Positions 19,261-29,038 are shown, counted from the stretch's first letter. The stretch: DNA of 49,001 bases from Acidobacteriota bacterium (GCA_046735265.1 JBKPSZ010000011.1:1-49001), one strand, 5' to 3'. The notes: generated by a model from the letters alone, not told the origin. Program-made: numbers and translations.

Positions 19261-20979
19261 CTAAAAAGCCTGAGAGCCCGAGAAGGACAAGAGCCATCCC
19301 TTCCGACCGCGGGGATCGGGCTGGAAGGCGTACCCGAGGTCCACGCGCAGGAACGCGGACGCCCGCGCGATCGCGAACCGCAGCCCGACTCCGGCGTCCG
19401 CTTTCAATCGAGACCAGTTGAGCGATTCGCCGGGGGGGGCGGCCGCGCCCGCGTCGACGAACACCGCGAGGCCCGGCGCCACGAGCTGAAAGATCTCGCA
19501 GCCGCAGAAGATGCGGTGCTCGAGGTTGGCGAGAACCCGGCGGTCTCCTTCGAAAGCGTAGAGCGGAGAGGCGCGCAGCCCCGTCGCGCCGTCGGCGTAG
19601 AGGAGCCGGTCCGCGTCGAGATTCCAGCCCCGGGCCGCGGCCACGCGCGCGAGCAGGGTCTGCGGCCGGGCTCCCACGAAGCGGCGCACGAACCGCAGCT
19701 CGCCCGAAACGATCGTGTTCCGCCAGGCGTCGTTCTCCCGCCGGGCGCTTCCCGCGAGCCGGGCGAGGACGAAGGAATTCCCTCCGAGCCGAAAGCCCTC
19801 CTGCCAGTCGAGCCGCGCGAGAGTCGAATTGACGGGCGCGCCGAAGGCCGCGGGAGAGACTCCCACGTCGAGGGTGATCGAGCGGCCCACGTTGAAGTCC
19901 TGGTAGCGGAGGTCCTCATCCACGTAGTTCCACGTCAGGTAGTCGTGCCGCACGAACTGGGCCTCGAGGAAGACGTCGTGATAGGTTCGCGGCGCCGGTC
20001 TCTCCGTCCCTTCCCACCCCGGCGTCTCCGAGAAACGGTCGTCCTGCCAGTCGAGCCCGATGCCGAATCTCAGCGCGCGATCGGGGCTCGCGCGGGCGGC
20101 GAATCCCCAGCGTCCCGTGATCCGCCGAAAGGATCGCTCGTAGCGGGAGACCTCCTCGCCCCCGCGGTAAAGCGATTCCCGGCGTCGGCCGTCGTCGAAG
20201 CGCGCGGCTGCCGTCCAGGGCGCCCGGATCGAATAGAACGGCCGCTCGAGCTCGAGCAGGCGCTCCTCTCCGTCGGAGTTGGATGCGTACACGACGTGGG
20301 CGCGGCCGTACGGCAAGAGGAACTGAGGATCAGAGTATTCGACGACGCGATAGGAGCGGTGGATGTCGTCGCCGTAGGAGACGGACACCCGCCGCCCGGT
20401 GCCGAGCAGGTTCTTCTCGCCCAGCGTGAACCCCTGGTGCATCTCGCCGCCGTCCCGGCCGACGGCGATTCCGACGAGAAGGGTCCAGGCGTCCTGCGTC
20501 TCGACGCGGACGTCCACCAAGCCGTCGTGCGGCTCGGTCGCGATGACCGAGGCCCTCTGAAAGAAGCCGGACGCTCGGAGATTTCTCTCGGTCTCGGCGA
20601 GACGGTCAGGATCGAAGGGGTCCCCCTCATCGAAGAGCAGCAGCCGCCGGACGAGGCTCTCCCGCGTCGTCACGTGCAGCCAGTTCGCCGCGCGATAGAG
20701 CCAGCCGTTAGCGGCCTCCTCGGACGAGAAGATGTCCACCGTTCGAATGTCGATCGAACCGATGCGCAGGTTGCCCTGCGCGCGCGCGAAGAGACTGTAG
20801 AAGAGCGCAGCGAGGCAGGCTCCAGCCCGCGCCGCCAAGAAGGCGGACCGCCCCGCAGGCTCGGGGCGACGAGGCAAAAGACCTCCGCGGGCGGGATGGT
20901 TGGGGTGGAGGGCCCCCGGCCGACGCCGCTCTCGCGCCGCCGTGCGGGAGTTGCAGGAGGGGTGGTTCGAGTCTTCCAT
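19261..20979 (-). CDS. Omp85/BamA-TamA family outer membrane protein
   Basis: POTRA-like LAETERNLR, GEKNLLGTG, GLRA, FVDAG, GVGLRF, terminal F; start uncertain. Confidence 0.82.
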   Translation of the reverse strand: MEDSNHPSCNSRTAARERRRPGALHPNHPARGGLLPRRPEPAGRSAFLAARAGACLAALFYSLFARAQGNLRIGSIDIRTVDIFSSEEAANGWLYRAANWLHVTTRESLVRRLLLFDEGDPFDPDRLAETERNLRASGFFQRASVIATEPHDGLVDVRVETQDAWTLLVGIAVGRDGGEMHQGFTLGEKNLLGTGRRVSVSYGDDIHRSYRVVEYSDPQFLLPYGRAHVVYASNSDGEERLLELERPFYSIRAPWTAAARFDDGRRRESLYRGGEEVSRYERSFRRITGRWGFAARASPDRALRFGIGLDWQDDRFSETPGWEGTERPAPRTYHDVFLEAQFVRHDYLTWNYVDEDLRYQDFNVGRSITLDVGVSPAAFGAPVNSTLARLDWQEGFRLGGNSFVLARLAGSARRENDAWRNTIVSGELRFVRRFVGARPQTLLARVAAARGWNLDADRLLYADGATGLRASPLYAFEGDRRVLANLEHRIFCGCEIFQLVAPGLAVFVDAGAAAPPGESLNWSRLKADAGVGLRFAIARASAFLRVDLGYAFQPDPRGRKGWLLSFSGSQAF

Positions 20980-21000
20980 GGAACCTTGAGGGAAACCCCA

Positions 21001-21016
21001 AGCAAGGCGGGTGCCA
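21001..21016 (-). promoter_or_regulatory. sigma-54 promoter (Omp85)
   Basis: TGGCACCCGCCTTGCT. Confidence 0.8.
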
Positions 21017-21028
21017 CCGCGCCGGGAA

Positions 21029-21044
21029 TGGAACGGAACTTGCT
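21029..21044 (+). promoter_or_regulatory. sigma-54 promoter (iron permease-like)
   Basis: TGGAACGGAACTTGCT. Confidence 0.75.
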
Positions 21045-21065
21045 CTCCCGGAGACGGGGGATTCC

Positions 21066-21551
21066 ATGGCGAAGAAAGGCTCGGGCCGCCTTCCGAGGCG
21101 GTCTCCGCTCGAGCGGCTGTCGCTTCGGGCTACCGAATGGGCGGGAAGCTCCCCCGCCTTCGCCGTCGCCTTCGGCGTGATCCTCGTGTGGGCGCTGACC
21201 GGTCCGGTGTTCCACTACTCCGACACCTGGCAGCTCGTGATCAACACGGGCACCACCATCGTGACGTTCCTGATGGTGTTTCTGATCCAGCGCGCGCAGA
21301 ACAAGGAGTCGCGCGCGATTCATCTCAAGTTGAACGAAATCGTCGCCGCCCTCGAGGGAGCGAGCAATCATCTCGTCGGCGCCGAGGACCTGACCGAAGC
21401 CGAGCTCGAGGTTCTCCGGCTCCATTACGCGAAGCTGTCGAAGATGGCCGAGGCCGACGCCACGATCACGCGATCCCACTCGGTGGAGGAAGCGGAGCGC
21501 CGGCACGAGCGCAAGACGGTCAAGGCGGGTGGAAAAGCGCGATCGAGCTGA
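21066..21551 (+). CDS. Low-affinity iron permease family protein
   Basis: GPVFHYSDTWQLVINTGTTIVTFLMVFLIQ..QN...AIHLKLNE. Confidence 0.9.
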   Translation: MAKKGSGRLPRRSPLERLSLRATEWAGSSPAFAVAFGVILVWALTGPVFHYSDTWQLVINTGTTIVTFLMVFLIQRAQNKESRAIHLKLNEIVAALEGASNHLVGAEDLTEAELEVLRLHYAKLSKMAEADATITRSHSVEEAERRHERKTVKAGGKARSS

Positions 21552-21564
21552 GACTTCCGCCGAA

Positions 21565-21580
21565 TGGCACGTCTCATGCT
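21565..21580 (+). promoter_or_regulatory. sigma-54 promoter (BON)
   Basis: TGGCACGTCTCATGCT. Confidence 0.75.
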
Positions 21581-21662
21581 TCCCTGCTCTGCCAGACGCG
21601 GAATGACCGCGTCCATATACGCTGGCGGGCGTTCGGTCCGCCGGTCCGAGGAGGGAACGCAA

Positions 21663-21983
21663 ATGACTCGTAACCACTCCAGGCTCCTGGCGGCCGTCGT
21701 GGCCGCAGTGGTCGCCGTCGGCATCGCCTGCACGACCACGCAGACTCCCGGCGAACAGATCGACGACGCCTCGATCCACACCGCCGTGAAGTCCAAGCTG
21801 ACGGCCGACCGTTTCTCGAACATCACGAACGTCGACATCAACGTCACCAACGGCGTCGTGACTCTCGCCGGCGAAGTGCCGAACGCCAAGGTCAAGGCCG
21901 ACGCCGAAGCCGAAGCTCGCAGCGTCAAGGGCGTCAAGAGAGTCATCAACAACCTTCAGGTGAGCAATCCACCGAAATCGTGA
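21663..21983 (+). CDS. BON-domain lipoprotein (OsmY-like)
   Basis: Lipobox GIAC; DDASIHTAVKSKL, NGVVTLAGEV, VKGVKRVINNL. Confidence 0.9.
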   Translation: MTRNHSRLLAAVVAAVVAVGIACTTTQTPGEQIDDASIHTAVKSKLTADRFSNITNVDINVTNGVVTLAGEVPNAKVKADAEAEARSVKGVKRVINNLQVSNPPKS

Positions 21984-22027
21984 GGGCGCGCTCCCTTGAG
22001 GAACGCGCATAGGAAAGGGGGGCAAAG

Positions 22028-22207
22028 ATGCTTCGACTCGCTCTAATCTTCCTGGCGATCGGACTCGTCGCGGCGCTTCTGGGATTCACGGGGGTCGCGG
22101 GCGCCTCGTTCGCGATCGCGAAGATTTTCGCGCTGATCTTCGGCGTCCTGTTTCTCGTCTTTCTGCTGCTGGGTCTGACGGCGGCAAACAGAATCACTTC
22201 GCCCTAG
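22028..22207 (+). CDS. DUF1328/UPF0391 small membrane protein
   Basis: MLRLALIFLAIGLVAALLGFTGVAGASFAIAKIF (manual translation, 59 aa). Confidence 0.88.
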   Translation: MLRLALIFLAIGLVAALLGFTGVAGASFAIAKIFALIFGVLFLVFLLLGLTAANRITSP

Positions 22208-22229
22208 CAAGAAGGAGAGTCGAACGACG

Positions 22230-22257
22230 AGGGCCGCCGGAAGGCGGCCCTTTTTTT
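22230..22257 (+). terminator. Intrinsic terminator
   Basis: GGGCCGCC-GGAA-GGCGGCCC then T7. Confidence 0.9.
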
Positions 22258-22270
22258 CGCCAGCTGAGGA

Positions 22271-22510
22271 TCAGGGACTTCCGCCGCTCAAAGCATCAGA
22301 AGTCCCTGGTCCTGGGTTCCGAATCGTCAATCCAACCGCCTTCGCGGCCGGCGGCTCGTGCGGTGGATCGGGCTCTTCCGGCTCTCGCCGCGGAGATCGA
22401 TTTCCGTCGGGAAAGGGAGGGGCCTCGGCGGGAATTTCCCGCCGAGGCTCCTCGACCGGAGGCGTGGGCGACTCCTCCGGATCTCGATACGGTGTAGGGG
22501 TCGGCTCCAA
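22271..22510 (-). CDS. Pro/Glu-rich small hypothetical protein
   Basis: TTG-started ORF in frame with the upstream lipoprotein. Confidence 0.4.
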   Translation of the reverse strand: MEPTPTPYRDPEESPTPPVEEPRREIPAEAPPFPDGNRSPRREPEEPDPPHEPPAAKAVGLTIRNPGPGTSDALSGGSP

Positions 22511-22513
22511 CCG

Positions 22514-22702
22514 TTATGGCGTGGGAGTCGTTGCGGGAGGGACGGGCGTTTCGGCCATCATCGGGGTCGTCCCCGGTGTCGGCGCGCCGCTGTCGGTGGT
22601 CTTCTCGGTCTCCGTCGTGGTCACGGTCTTCTTTTCGCAGCCGCCCGCGAAAAGACAACCGAGCGCCGCAGCCGCAGCGATCGCCATCAGCTTCCTTCGC
22701 AT
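22514..22702 (-). CDS. Small Thr/Pro-rich lipoprotein
   Basis: MRRKLMAIAAAAALGCLFAGGC lipobox; GAGGA RBS. Confidence 0.75.
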   Translation of the reverse strand: MRRKLMAIAAAAALGCLFAGGCEKKTVTTTETEKTTDSGAPTPGTTPMMAETPVPPATTPTP

Positions 22703-22764
22703 CGGATTTCCTCCTCTCTTTGGGGCGCCGCCGGACCCGACCGACACGTCCCGGGGCATCCTGA

Positions 22765-22780
22765 TGCAGAAGGCGTGCCT
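22765..22780 (-). promoter_or_regulatory. sigma-54 promoter
   Basis: AGGCACGCCTTCTGCA. Confidence 0.7.
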
Positions 22781-22800
22781 CTTCCCGGACGGTTCCCGGG

Positions 22801-22816
22801 AGGCATGTTCCTTGCT
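22801..22816 (+). promoter_or_regulatory. sigma-54 promoter
   Basis: AGGCATGTTCCTTGCT. Confidence 0.72.
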
Positions 22817-22872
22817 CAGGCTTCCTCGTTCGGGACCGCATGGAGCGGTCGCCGAAGCGAAAGGAGCATTTG

Positions 22873-23184
22873 ATGAGGAACAGACTCGTGGCCGCGATGT
22901 CGGCGCTGGCGTTCGTCTGCCTGGCGACTCTTGCCGTGGCGGCGCCCGATCCGAGCCAGAGCGATACGAAGTCCGTCAGTGGCGTGATTTCCCGCGTGGA
23001 TATGAACGCCAAGTCGATGGTCGTCAAGGACGCGTCTGGCAACGAGGTCACCGTTTACTGGAACGAGGCGACCCGGGTCAGCGGCGATCTGCGGGAGGGG
23101 TCTACGGTGAAGATCGACACCCGCGAGCAGGACGGCAAGACCTGGGCGACGTCGATCGACGTTCAGGCCAAGAAGCCTTACTGA
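22873..23184 (+). CDS. Small secreted beta-rich protein (OB-fold/DUF5666-like)
   Basis: Signal peptide; SGVISRVD...DLREGSTVKI; AAGGAG RBS. Confidence 0.75.
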   Translation: MRNRLVAAMSALAFVCLATLAVAAPDPSQSDTKSVSGVISRVDMNAKSMVVKDASGNEVTVYWNEATRVSGDLREGSTVKIDTREQDGKTWATSIDVQAKKPY

Positions 23185-23205
23185 GTCGGGCGGACGTTCG
23201 TCCGC

Positions 23206-25050
23206 TCATGCTTGCGGAGGGGGTCCCGAGTGGACCCCCCCACTCTTTCCATCCAGGGCTCGGCTGATGTTGACGGCCGCCGAAATCAGAGCGAGATGCG
23301 TGAAGGCCTGGGGAAAGTTCCCGAGGGCCTCGCCGGTCAGTCCAATCTCCTCGGCGTACAGGCCGAGATGGTTGGCATAGCCGAGCATCTTCTCGAAGGT
23401 CAATCTCGCCTCTTCGAGCCTTCCGGCGCGAGCCAGCGCCTCCGCCAGCCAGAATGTGCACATCGAGAAAGTCCCCTCCTCGCCTCCGATTCCGTCGGGG
23501 GCAATGCGATGGTCGTATCGGTAGACGAGGTGGTCGCTTACGAGGTTGTTCTGCATCGCGTCGAGCGTGCGCCGCATGCGCGGATCGGTCGGTGAAACGA
23601 ACTTGACCATCGGCGCGAGGAGCATGGCGGCGTCGAGATCCTCTCCGCCGATCGTCTGGACGAAGGAGTTGCGGTGCGGCGAGAAGCCCTGCGCCATGAT
23701 CATGTCGTAGATCGCGTCCCGGTTGGCGATCCACTTCGGCAAGTCCGCCGGCAGGCTGCGCTTGTCCGCCAGCCGCTGCGCCCGGTCGAGCGCGACCCAG
23801 CACATCAGCTTGGAAAAGGTGAACTGGTGACGTCCTCCGCGGACCTCCCAGATGCCCTCGTCCGGCTTGCGCCAGTGATCGCACACCCAATCGGCGAGCG
23901 CCCGCACGCCGACCCAGAGCCCGTGCGAAATCGGCTCGCCGTACTTGTTGTAGAGATAGACCGCGTCCATGACTTCGCCCGAGATGTCGAGTTGGAACTG
24001 ACGACTCGCGTCGTTTCCGACCCGCACCGGCCGGGAGCCGCGATAGCCGTCGAGGTGGTCGAGTGTCGACTCCGGCACGTCGGTCCTTCCGTCGATCCCG
24101 TAGAGCACCTGGAGGCCTCGCTCGGGATCGATCTCGCGGCACCGCGCCTCGAGGAAGTGCATGAAGCTCTCGGCTTCCTCCGTCAGCCCGACCCGGAGGA
24201 AGGCGTAGAGCGTGAAGGCCGCATCGCGCATCCAGGTGTAGCGATAGTCCCAGTTGCGGTTCCCGCCGACTCGCTCCGGAAGGCTCGACGTCGCGGCGGC
24301 GACGATCGCCCCGGTCCGGACGTACGTGAGGAGCTTCAGGGCGAGGCACGACCGCTTCACCATTTCGCGCCACCGCCCCTCGTACTGGCTGCGCGAGATC
24401 CACGATTGCCAGAAACGGAGCGTCGCGCGGAACTCCTCGTGGCATCGCTTCTGGAGGCCCTCGAGAGGAGGCGGAGGCTGGGAATCCGCCTGCGAAAGGA
24501 CGACCGGGATCTCGTCCCCCTCCTTCAAGAGGAAGGAGCCGACGACACCGCCGTCCCGCGGCTCGCAGGGCAGCGGCGTGACGAGATCGACCGCTCGCTT
24601 TCCGCCCGAGAAGCGAATGCCCGACGCCGTTCGCTCGCAGCGGGGGCCGGTGAGCGCGTAGTCGAACGCCGGCGTGCAGGAGAGCTCGAAGGGAAGGGAC
24701 CCGCGCACTCCGCGCACGATCCGGACGACCTGATGATCCTCGGGCTTCTTTCCTCCCCCGCTCACGTGAATCGGCATGAAGTCGACGACTTCTCCGACGC
24801 CGTCGGGGGTCAGGAAGCGCGTCAGGAGGACGTTCGAATCGGGAAGGTACATCTGACGCCGGCGCGCCTCCTCCGAGGTCGCCGCGATGCGAAAGAAGCC
24901 TCCCTTCTCGTCGTCGAGGATCGATGCGAAGAGCGAGGGAGAGTCGAAGTGCGGCAGGCAGAGCCAGTCAATCGAGCCGTCGATGCCGACGAGGGCCGCG
25001 GTGTGCAGGTCGCCGATGACCCCGTGATGTTCGATCGGCAGATAGCTCAT
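23206..25050 (-). CDS. Glycoside hydrolase family 15 (trehalase-like)
   Basis: IGDLHTAALV, TSSLPE..GG.RNWDYRYTWMRD, GNFPQAFTH. Confidence 0.93.
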   Translation of the reverse strand: MSYLPIEHHGVIGDLHTAALVGIDGSIDWLCLPHFDSPSLFASILDDEKGGFFRIAATSEEARRRQMYLPDSNVLLTRFLTPDGVGEVVDFMPIHVSGGGKKPEDHQVVRIVRGVRGSLPFELSCTPAFDYALTGPRCERTASGIRFSGGKRAVDLVTPLPCEPRDGGVVGSFLLKEGDEIPVVLSQADSQPPPPLEGLQKRCHEEFRATLRFWQSWISRSQYEGRWREMVKRSCLALKLLTYVRTGAIVAAATSSLPERVGGNRNWDYRYTWMRDAAFTLYAFLRVGLTEEAESFMHFLEARCREIDPERGLQVLYGIDGRTDVPESTLDHLDGYRGSRPVRVGNDASRQFQLDISGEVMDAVYLYNKYGEPISHGLWVGVRALADWVCDHWRKPDEGIWEVRGGRHQFTFSKLMCWVALDRAQRLADKRSLPADLPKWIANRDAIYDMIMAQGFSPHRNSFVQTIGGEDLDAAMLLAPMVKFVSPTDPRMRRTLDAMQNNLVSDHLVYRYDHRIAPDGIGGEEGTFSMCTFWLAEALARAGRLEEARLTFEKMLGYANHLGLYAEEIGLTGEALGNFPQAFTHLALISAAVNISRALDGKSGGVHSGPPPQA

Positions 25051-26513
25051 GAAGCGAGCGCCGCCGGCAGATAGTCCTCCGCGCGCGGGAATTCCGACAG
25101 ATCCCGCGAGATCGCCGCGCGGAGGTACGCGTCGAGCCAGTGGTAGATGTCGCGTTCGCGGACGATGCGCCGAAGGCGGCGCATCCGCTCCTTCTTTTCC
25201 GAGTCGGGCATCGTGAGAGCCCGCCGGAGAGTCTCCGCGACCCCTTCGACGTCGTACGGGTTGACGAGGAGGGCGCCGGTCTGTAGCTCCGCCGCCGCCC
25301 CGGCGAACTCCGACAGGACCAGGACGCCGTCATCGGCGAGCCGTGTGGCGCAATACTCCTTGGCGACGAGGTTCATGCCGTCCTTGAGCGGCGTGACGAG
25401 GGCGACGTCGGCCGCCAGATAGTACGCGGGCAGGCGCGGGCCCTCGAGGCTGCGATGGATGTAGTGGATCGGGACCCAGCCCGACCGCGTGAACTGGCCG
25501 TTGATTTCGCCGACGAGACCTTCGATCGCCGCTCGGTGCTCGCGGTACCCGGGGATGTCCTCGCGGCTGGGGACGGCCACCTGCACGAGCGTCACCTTTC
25601 CTCGCTGCTCCGGGTCCTTCTGAAGCATCCAGCGAAAGGCCTCGAGCTTCTGCGGAATTCCCTTCGTGTAATCGAGGCGGTCGATCCCGAGCACGATCTG
25701 CCTCGCGCCCTCGTCCTGCTTCAAGCTCTCCGTCTTCTCGATCACGTCGGCTCGCCGGGCGAGGCGCGAGAACGAGCGCGCGTCGATCGAGATCGGAAAG
25801 GTGCCGACGCGCACCTCGCGCCCTTCCCAGCGCACGCGCACCACCGCCCCTTTTCCGGTGATCGACGCTTCCGGCAGGAGCAACCGGGCGCACTGGAGAA
25901 AATTCCGCCGGTCGCGGATCGTCTGGAACCCGACCAGGTCGAACTCGAGGAGCGATCGCAGGATCGGAAAGCGCCAGGGCAGCTTCAGGAAGATGTCGAG
26001 CGGCGGAAAAGGGATGTGAAGGAAGAACGCGATTCGAGAGGAGACGCCCAGGCGGCGAAGCTCGCCCGCCATCCCCATCAAGTGGTAATCGTGCACCCAG
26101 ATGAAGTCTTCGGGCTGCGCGCCCGCGGCCGTCTCCTTTGCGAACTTCCGGTTGACCGCCTCGTAGGCTTGCCAATAGGAGGGATGGAAGCGACACATCG
26201 AGAGGAGGTCGTGGAAGAGAGGCCAGATCACCTCGTTCGAGAAGCCGTGGTAGAAGCCGTCGCGCTCCGCGGCCGTCAGCGACACGGGCACGAGCTCGTA
26301 GCCGAACCGCTCCGCCGACCGGGCGAGCACCGCTCGCGGATCCGCCAGCTCCTCTTCGACGACGCCGCTCCACCCGATCCAGCGGCCCCCGCGATTCTGC
26401 AGCACGGGCCGCAGCGCCGTCACGAGGCCGCCGCTGCCCGGCTCGATCCGCCAGTCCGCCCCTTCGCGGGCGAGGGTGAAGGGGAGACGGTTGGAGACGA
26501 CGACGAGTCTCAT
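25047..26513 (-). CDS. otsA: Trehalose-6-phosphate synthase
   Basis: [47 protein letters not shown]. Confidence 0.95.
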   Translation of the reverse strand: MRLVVVSNRLPFTLAREGADWRIEPGSGGLVTALRPVLQNRGGRWIGWSGVVEEELADPRAVLARSAERFGYELVPVSLTAAERDGFYHGFSNEVIWPLFHDLLSMCRFHPSYWQAYEAVNRKFAKETAAGAQPEDFIWVHDYHLMGMAGELRRLGVSSRIAFFLHIPFPPLDIFLKLPWRFPILRSLLEFDLVGFQTIRDRRNFLQCARLLLPEASITGKGAVVRVRWEGREVRVGTFPISIDARSFSRLARRADVIEKTESLKQDEGARQIVLGIDRLDYTKGIPQKLEAFRWMLQKDPEQRGKVTLVQVAVPSREDIPGYREHRAAIEGLVGEINGQFTRSGWVPIHYIHRSLEGPRLPAYYLAADVALVTPLKDGMNLVAKEYCATRLADDGVLVLSEFAGAAAELQTGALLVNPYDVEGVAETLRRALTMPDSEKKERMRRLRRIVRERDIYHWLDAYLRAAISRDLSEFPRAEDYLPAALAS

Positions 26514-27394
26514 GCCGCTCCCCCGTTCGCGCCGGCGGGGAGTCGCGCCTCGGCCCGAGCGGCGCGCTCCCATCGCGTGAGGAAGCCGATCAAGTCCTCC
26601 GGAGGCCGCAGCCACAGGTCCGCCTCCGTCGGCCGCCGCCGGTCGCGAACGAGAACGCGCAACCCGTGGCCGCGCAGCGCGAGGAAGGCGTCTTCGTCCG
26701 TTCGGTCGTCGCCGAGATAAGCGACGGAGGCGCCGGGCGGAAGCTCGGCGAGCACCGATTCGACGACCCGCCCCTTGCTCGACCCTGCGGGACGGAACTC
26801 GAGCCCGCCGTCGAAGGGGAGCGCCACGAGTCCCCGTCGGTCGAGCGAGGACCGCCACCACTCGACGAGTGCCGTGCGCGCCTCGGGAAATCGCTCCGGA
26901 TCGGCGCGCTCGTGGAGGGCGAAACCGAACGGCTTTCTCTCGAAGAGATCCAGCCACCCTCGCTCCTCGATCCACTGGCCGATTCGATCGAGAAGGTCCG
27001 TGAGCGGCAGCGGAATCGGAGGGGCTGAGAGCGAACCGTCCGCCGCTCGGCGCTCGAGGCCGTGGGACCCCCACAGATCCGCCCTCGGAACGATCCAGTC
27101 GGTGCGGGCCTCGAGGTCGGCGAGCGCCCGCCCGCTTGCGACGACGAGCCGCGTGCCGCCGGCTTCGAGAATGCGCTGGATCGCCTCGGGAACCCCCGGG
27201 TGCGGGAGCGCGAGCTCGCGCCCTCCGCGGAAAGGCGCGAGCGTGCCGTCGTAGTCGACCATCAGGACGCGCGCCGGCGCTTCGCGGAGCGCCGCGAAGA
27301 AGACGTCGAGGAGGGCGCGCGTGGAACTGCGTCGCTCGCGGGGCCGCCGCGCGGACGTGGAACGAGATTCTCCTGAAGAGGAGCGAATCGCCAT
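26510..27394 (-). CDS. otsB: Trehalose-6-phosphate phosphatase (HAD)
   Basis: DYDGTLAP, SGR, GSHGLE, KG, GDDRTDEDAF. Confidence 0.92.
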   Translation of the reverse strand: MAIRSSSGESRSTSARRPRERRSSTRALLDVFFAALREAPARVLMVDYDGTLAPFRGGRELALPHPGVPEAIQRILEAGGTRLVVASGRALADLEARTDWIVPRADLWGSHGLERRAADGSLSAPPIPLPLTDLLDRIGQWIEERGWLDLFERKPFGFALHERADPERFPEARTALVEWWRSSLDRRGLVALPFDGGLEFRPAGSSKGRVVESVLAELPPGASVAYLGDDRTDEDAFLALRGHGLRVLVRDRRRPTEADLWLRPPEDLIGFLTRWERAARAEARLPAGANGGAA

Positions 27395-27409
27395 TTCCAG
27401 AGCTCGAGG

Positions 27410-27425
27410 TGCGAAAACCGTGCCG
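27410..27425 (-). promoter_or_regulatory. sigma-54 promoter (otsBA-GH15)
   Basis: CGGCACGGTTTTCGCA. Confidence 0.7.
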
Positions 27426-27446
27426 GATTTCGCGAGGTCGGAGCGG

Positions 27447-27462
27447 TGGCAGGCGAATTGCT
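27447..27462 (+). promoter_or_regulatory. sigma-54 promoter (metallothionein-PRC)
   Basis: TGGCAGGCGAATTGCT. Confidence 0.75.
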
Positions 27463-27487
27463 TCGAATCTCGGCGGAGGAGTTCACC

Positions 27488-27640
27488 ATGACGTGCCAAC
27501 ACCGCGGATGTGGTTGTCAGGAAACCACCGTCGAACTCGAAGGAAGGAAGTTCTGCAGCGAGGCATGCGCCGACATGGAGACGACGGGACGCCACGGCGC
27601 GCACTGTCCGTGCGGACACGCCGACTGCGCCGCCGTCTGA
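27488..27640 (+). CDS. SmtA-like bacterial metallothionein
   Basis: CQHRGCGC...FCSEAC...CPCGHADC in 50 aa; GGAGGAG RBS. Confidence 0.82.
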   Translation: MTCQHRGCGCQETTVELEGRKFCSEACADMETTGRHGAHCPCGHADCAAV

Positions 27641-27718
27641 TCCTTCGAGTTTCGAGGCAAGCGATTTCGCGACGGACGGAGGGTCCGCCCGTCGAAATAC
27701 CAACCAAGGAGGAAAGGA

Positions 27719-28084
27719 ATGGCCAAGGTTCTGGATCAGCCGAGAGTGCTCTCCGCGTCGACGTTGAAGGGAGACCCGGTCCGCAATGCCGCCGGGGAGG
27801 ATCTCGGAAATATCGAAGAGTTCATGATCGACCTCGAGACGGGGAGGGTCGCGTACGCCGTCCTCTCGTTCGGCGGATTCCTCGGCATGGGCAACAAGCT
27901 GTTCGCCCTGCCCTGGGAGGCGCTCCGGCTCGACACCGACAGGCACGAGTTCGTCTTGAATGTCGACAAGGAAGTCTTGAAGAAGGCTCCCGGCTTCGAC
28001 AAGGACAACTGGCCGGATTTCGCCGACCGGTCCTGGGGAGCCGGCATCTACCGCTACTACGGCCACCGGCCGTACTGGGAGTAG
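27719..28084 (+). CDS. PRC-barrel domain protein
   Basis: GEDLGNIEEFMID..GRVAYAVLSFGGFLGMG.KLFALPW. Confidence 0.92.
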   Translation: MAKVLDQPRVLSASTLKGDPVRNAAGEDLGNIEEFMIDLETGRVAYAVLSFGGFLGMGNKLFALPWEALRLDTDRHEFVLNVDKEVLKKAPGFDKDNWPDFADRSWGAGIYRYYGHRPYWE

Positions 28085-28094
28085 ATCCTCGCCC

Positions 28095-28162
28095 CGCCTC
28101 TCCGGCGGAACCTCGCCGGGCTCCGTTCGCTCGGCGCGTCTCCGCCGGAGAGGCGCCCTTTT
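28095..28162 (+). terminator. Long hairpin, probable terminator
   Basis: 15-bp arms CGCCTCTCCGGCGGA/TCCGCCGGAGAGGCG, inner stem, then CCCTTTT. Confidence 0.55.
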
Positions 28163-28183
28163 CGTCCGGATCGGAGGCGACTC

Positions 28184-29038
28184 ATGGCTCGTGGTTCTTC
28201 GGCGAGGCCGCTGTGGAGTGGCCAGATCTCGTTCGGCCTGGTCTCGATTCCCGTCGGGCTCTACAGCGCGGTCGAATCTTCGGAGCGGATTTCCTTCCAC
28301 TTTCTGCACCGCAAAGACATGGCGCCGATCCGCTACAAGAAATTCTGCAGCCGCGAGGACGTCGAAGTCTCCAACGACGAAATCGTGAAGGGACGAAAGA
28401 CCGGCAACCGCTGGACGGTCGTCGAAAAGAAGGAGCTCGAGAAGGCGGCCGCGGAGGCCACGCCCGGAGAGGAGCGCGACGCGATCGAGGTCCTCCAGTT
28501 CGTTCCGCCCGAGTCGATCGATCCCCTCTCGATCGACCAGCCCTACTACGTCGCGCCCCGCAAAGGGGGCGAAAAGGCGTATGCGGTTCTCCGCGAGGCG
28601 CTGGCCGATCGCAAGCGCGCCGGTATCGTGCGGCTGGCGCTGCGCGAGCGGCCGCATCTGGGAGCGCTCTTGCCTTCCGCCCGGGCCCTCACGCTCGTGA
28701 CGCTTCGTCCCTTCGAGGAGATGCGCAATCCGGGTCGGTTGCCGCTGCCCTCCGACGGCAAGCGGCCCGCGGAGGTCAAGCTCGCCGAAATGCTGGTGGA
28801 CCGGCTCTCCGAAGACGGGTGGGATCCCGCGGCGCACCCCGACCGGTACCGCAAGGCCCTCGAAAAACTTCTCGCGTCGAAGAAGCCCAAGGCGGCGGCC
28901 GCCGGAGGCACCGCGGCGCCCGAACAAGAAGGCGGCGAAGTCGTGGACCTCATGGAGGCGCTTCGACGGAGTGTCGGGCGGGGCGCCCGCCGCGAACCGG
29001 TGCGGCGCTCGAAAGCCCGGCGGGCCGGCGCGGCGTAA
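28184..29038 (+). CDS. ku: NHEJ Ku protein
   Basis: WSGQISFGLVSIPV, PIRY, IVKG, YYVAP, VVDLMEALRRS, basic tail. Confidence 0.93.
   Translation: MARGSSARPLWSGQISFGLVSIPVGLYSAVESSERISFHFLHRKDMAPIRYKKFCSREDVEVSNDEIVKGRKTGNRWTVVEKKELEKAAAEATPGEERDAIEVLQFVPPESIDPLSIDQPYYVAPRKGGEKAYAVLREALADRKRAGIVRLALRERPHLGALLPSARALTLVTLRPFEEMRNPGRLPLPSDGKRPAEVKLAEMLVDRLSEDGWDPAAHPDRYRKALEKLLASKKPKAAAAGGTAAPEQEGGEVVDLMEALRRSVGRGARREPVRRSKARRAGAA

Noticed and set aside
27655-27670. AGGCAAGCGATTTCGC upstream of the PRC-barrel gene
   Set aside because: GG-N11-GC spacing; sigma-54 spacing is strict and the gene is probably read from 27447
28151-28166. AGGCGCCCTTTTCGTC upstream of ku
   Set aside because: -12 is GT and the site lies in a hairpin arm; too weak to call
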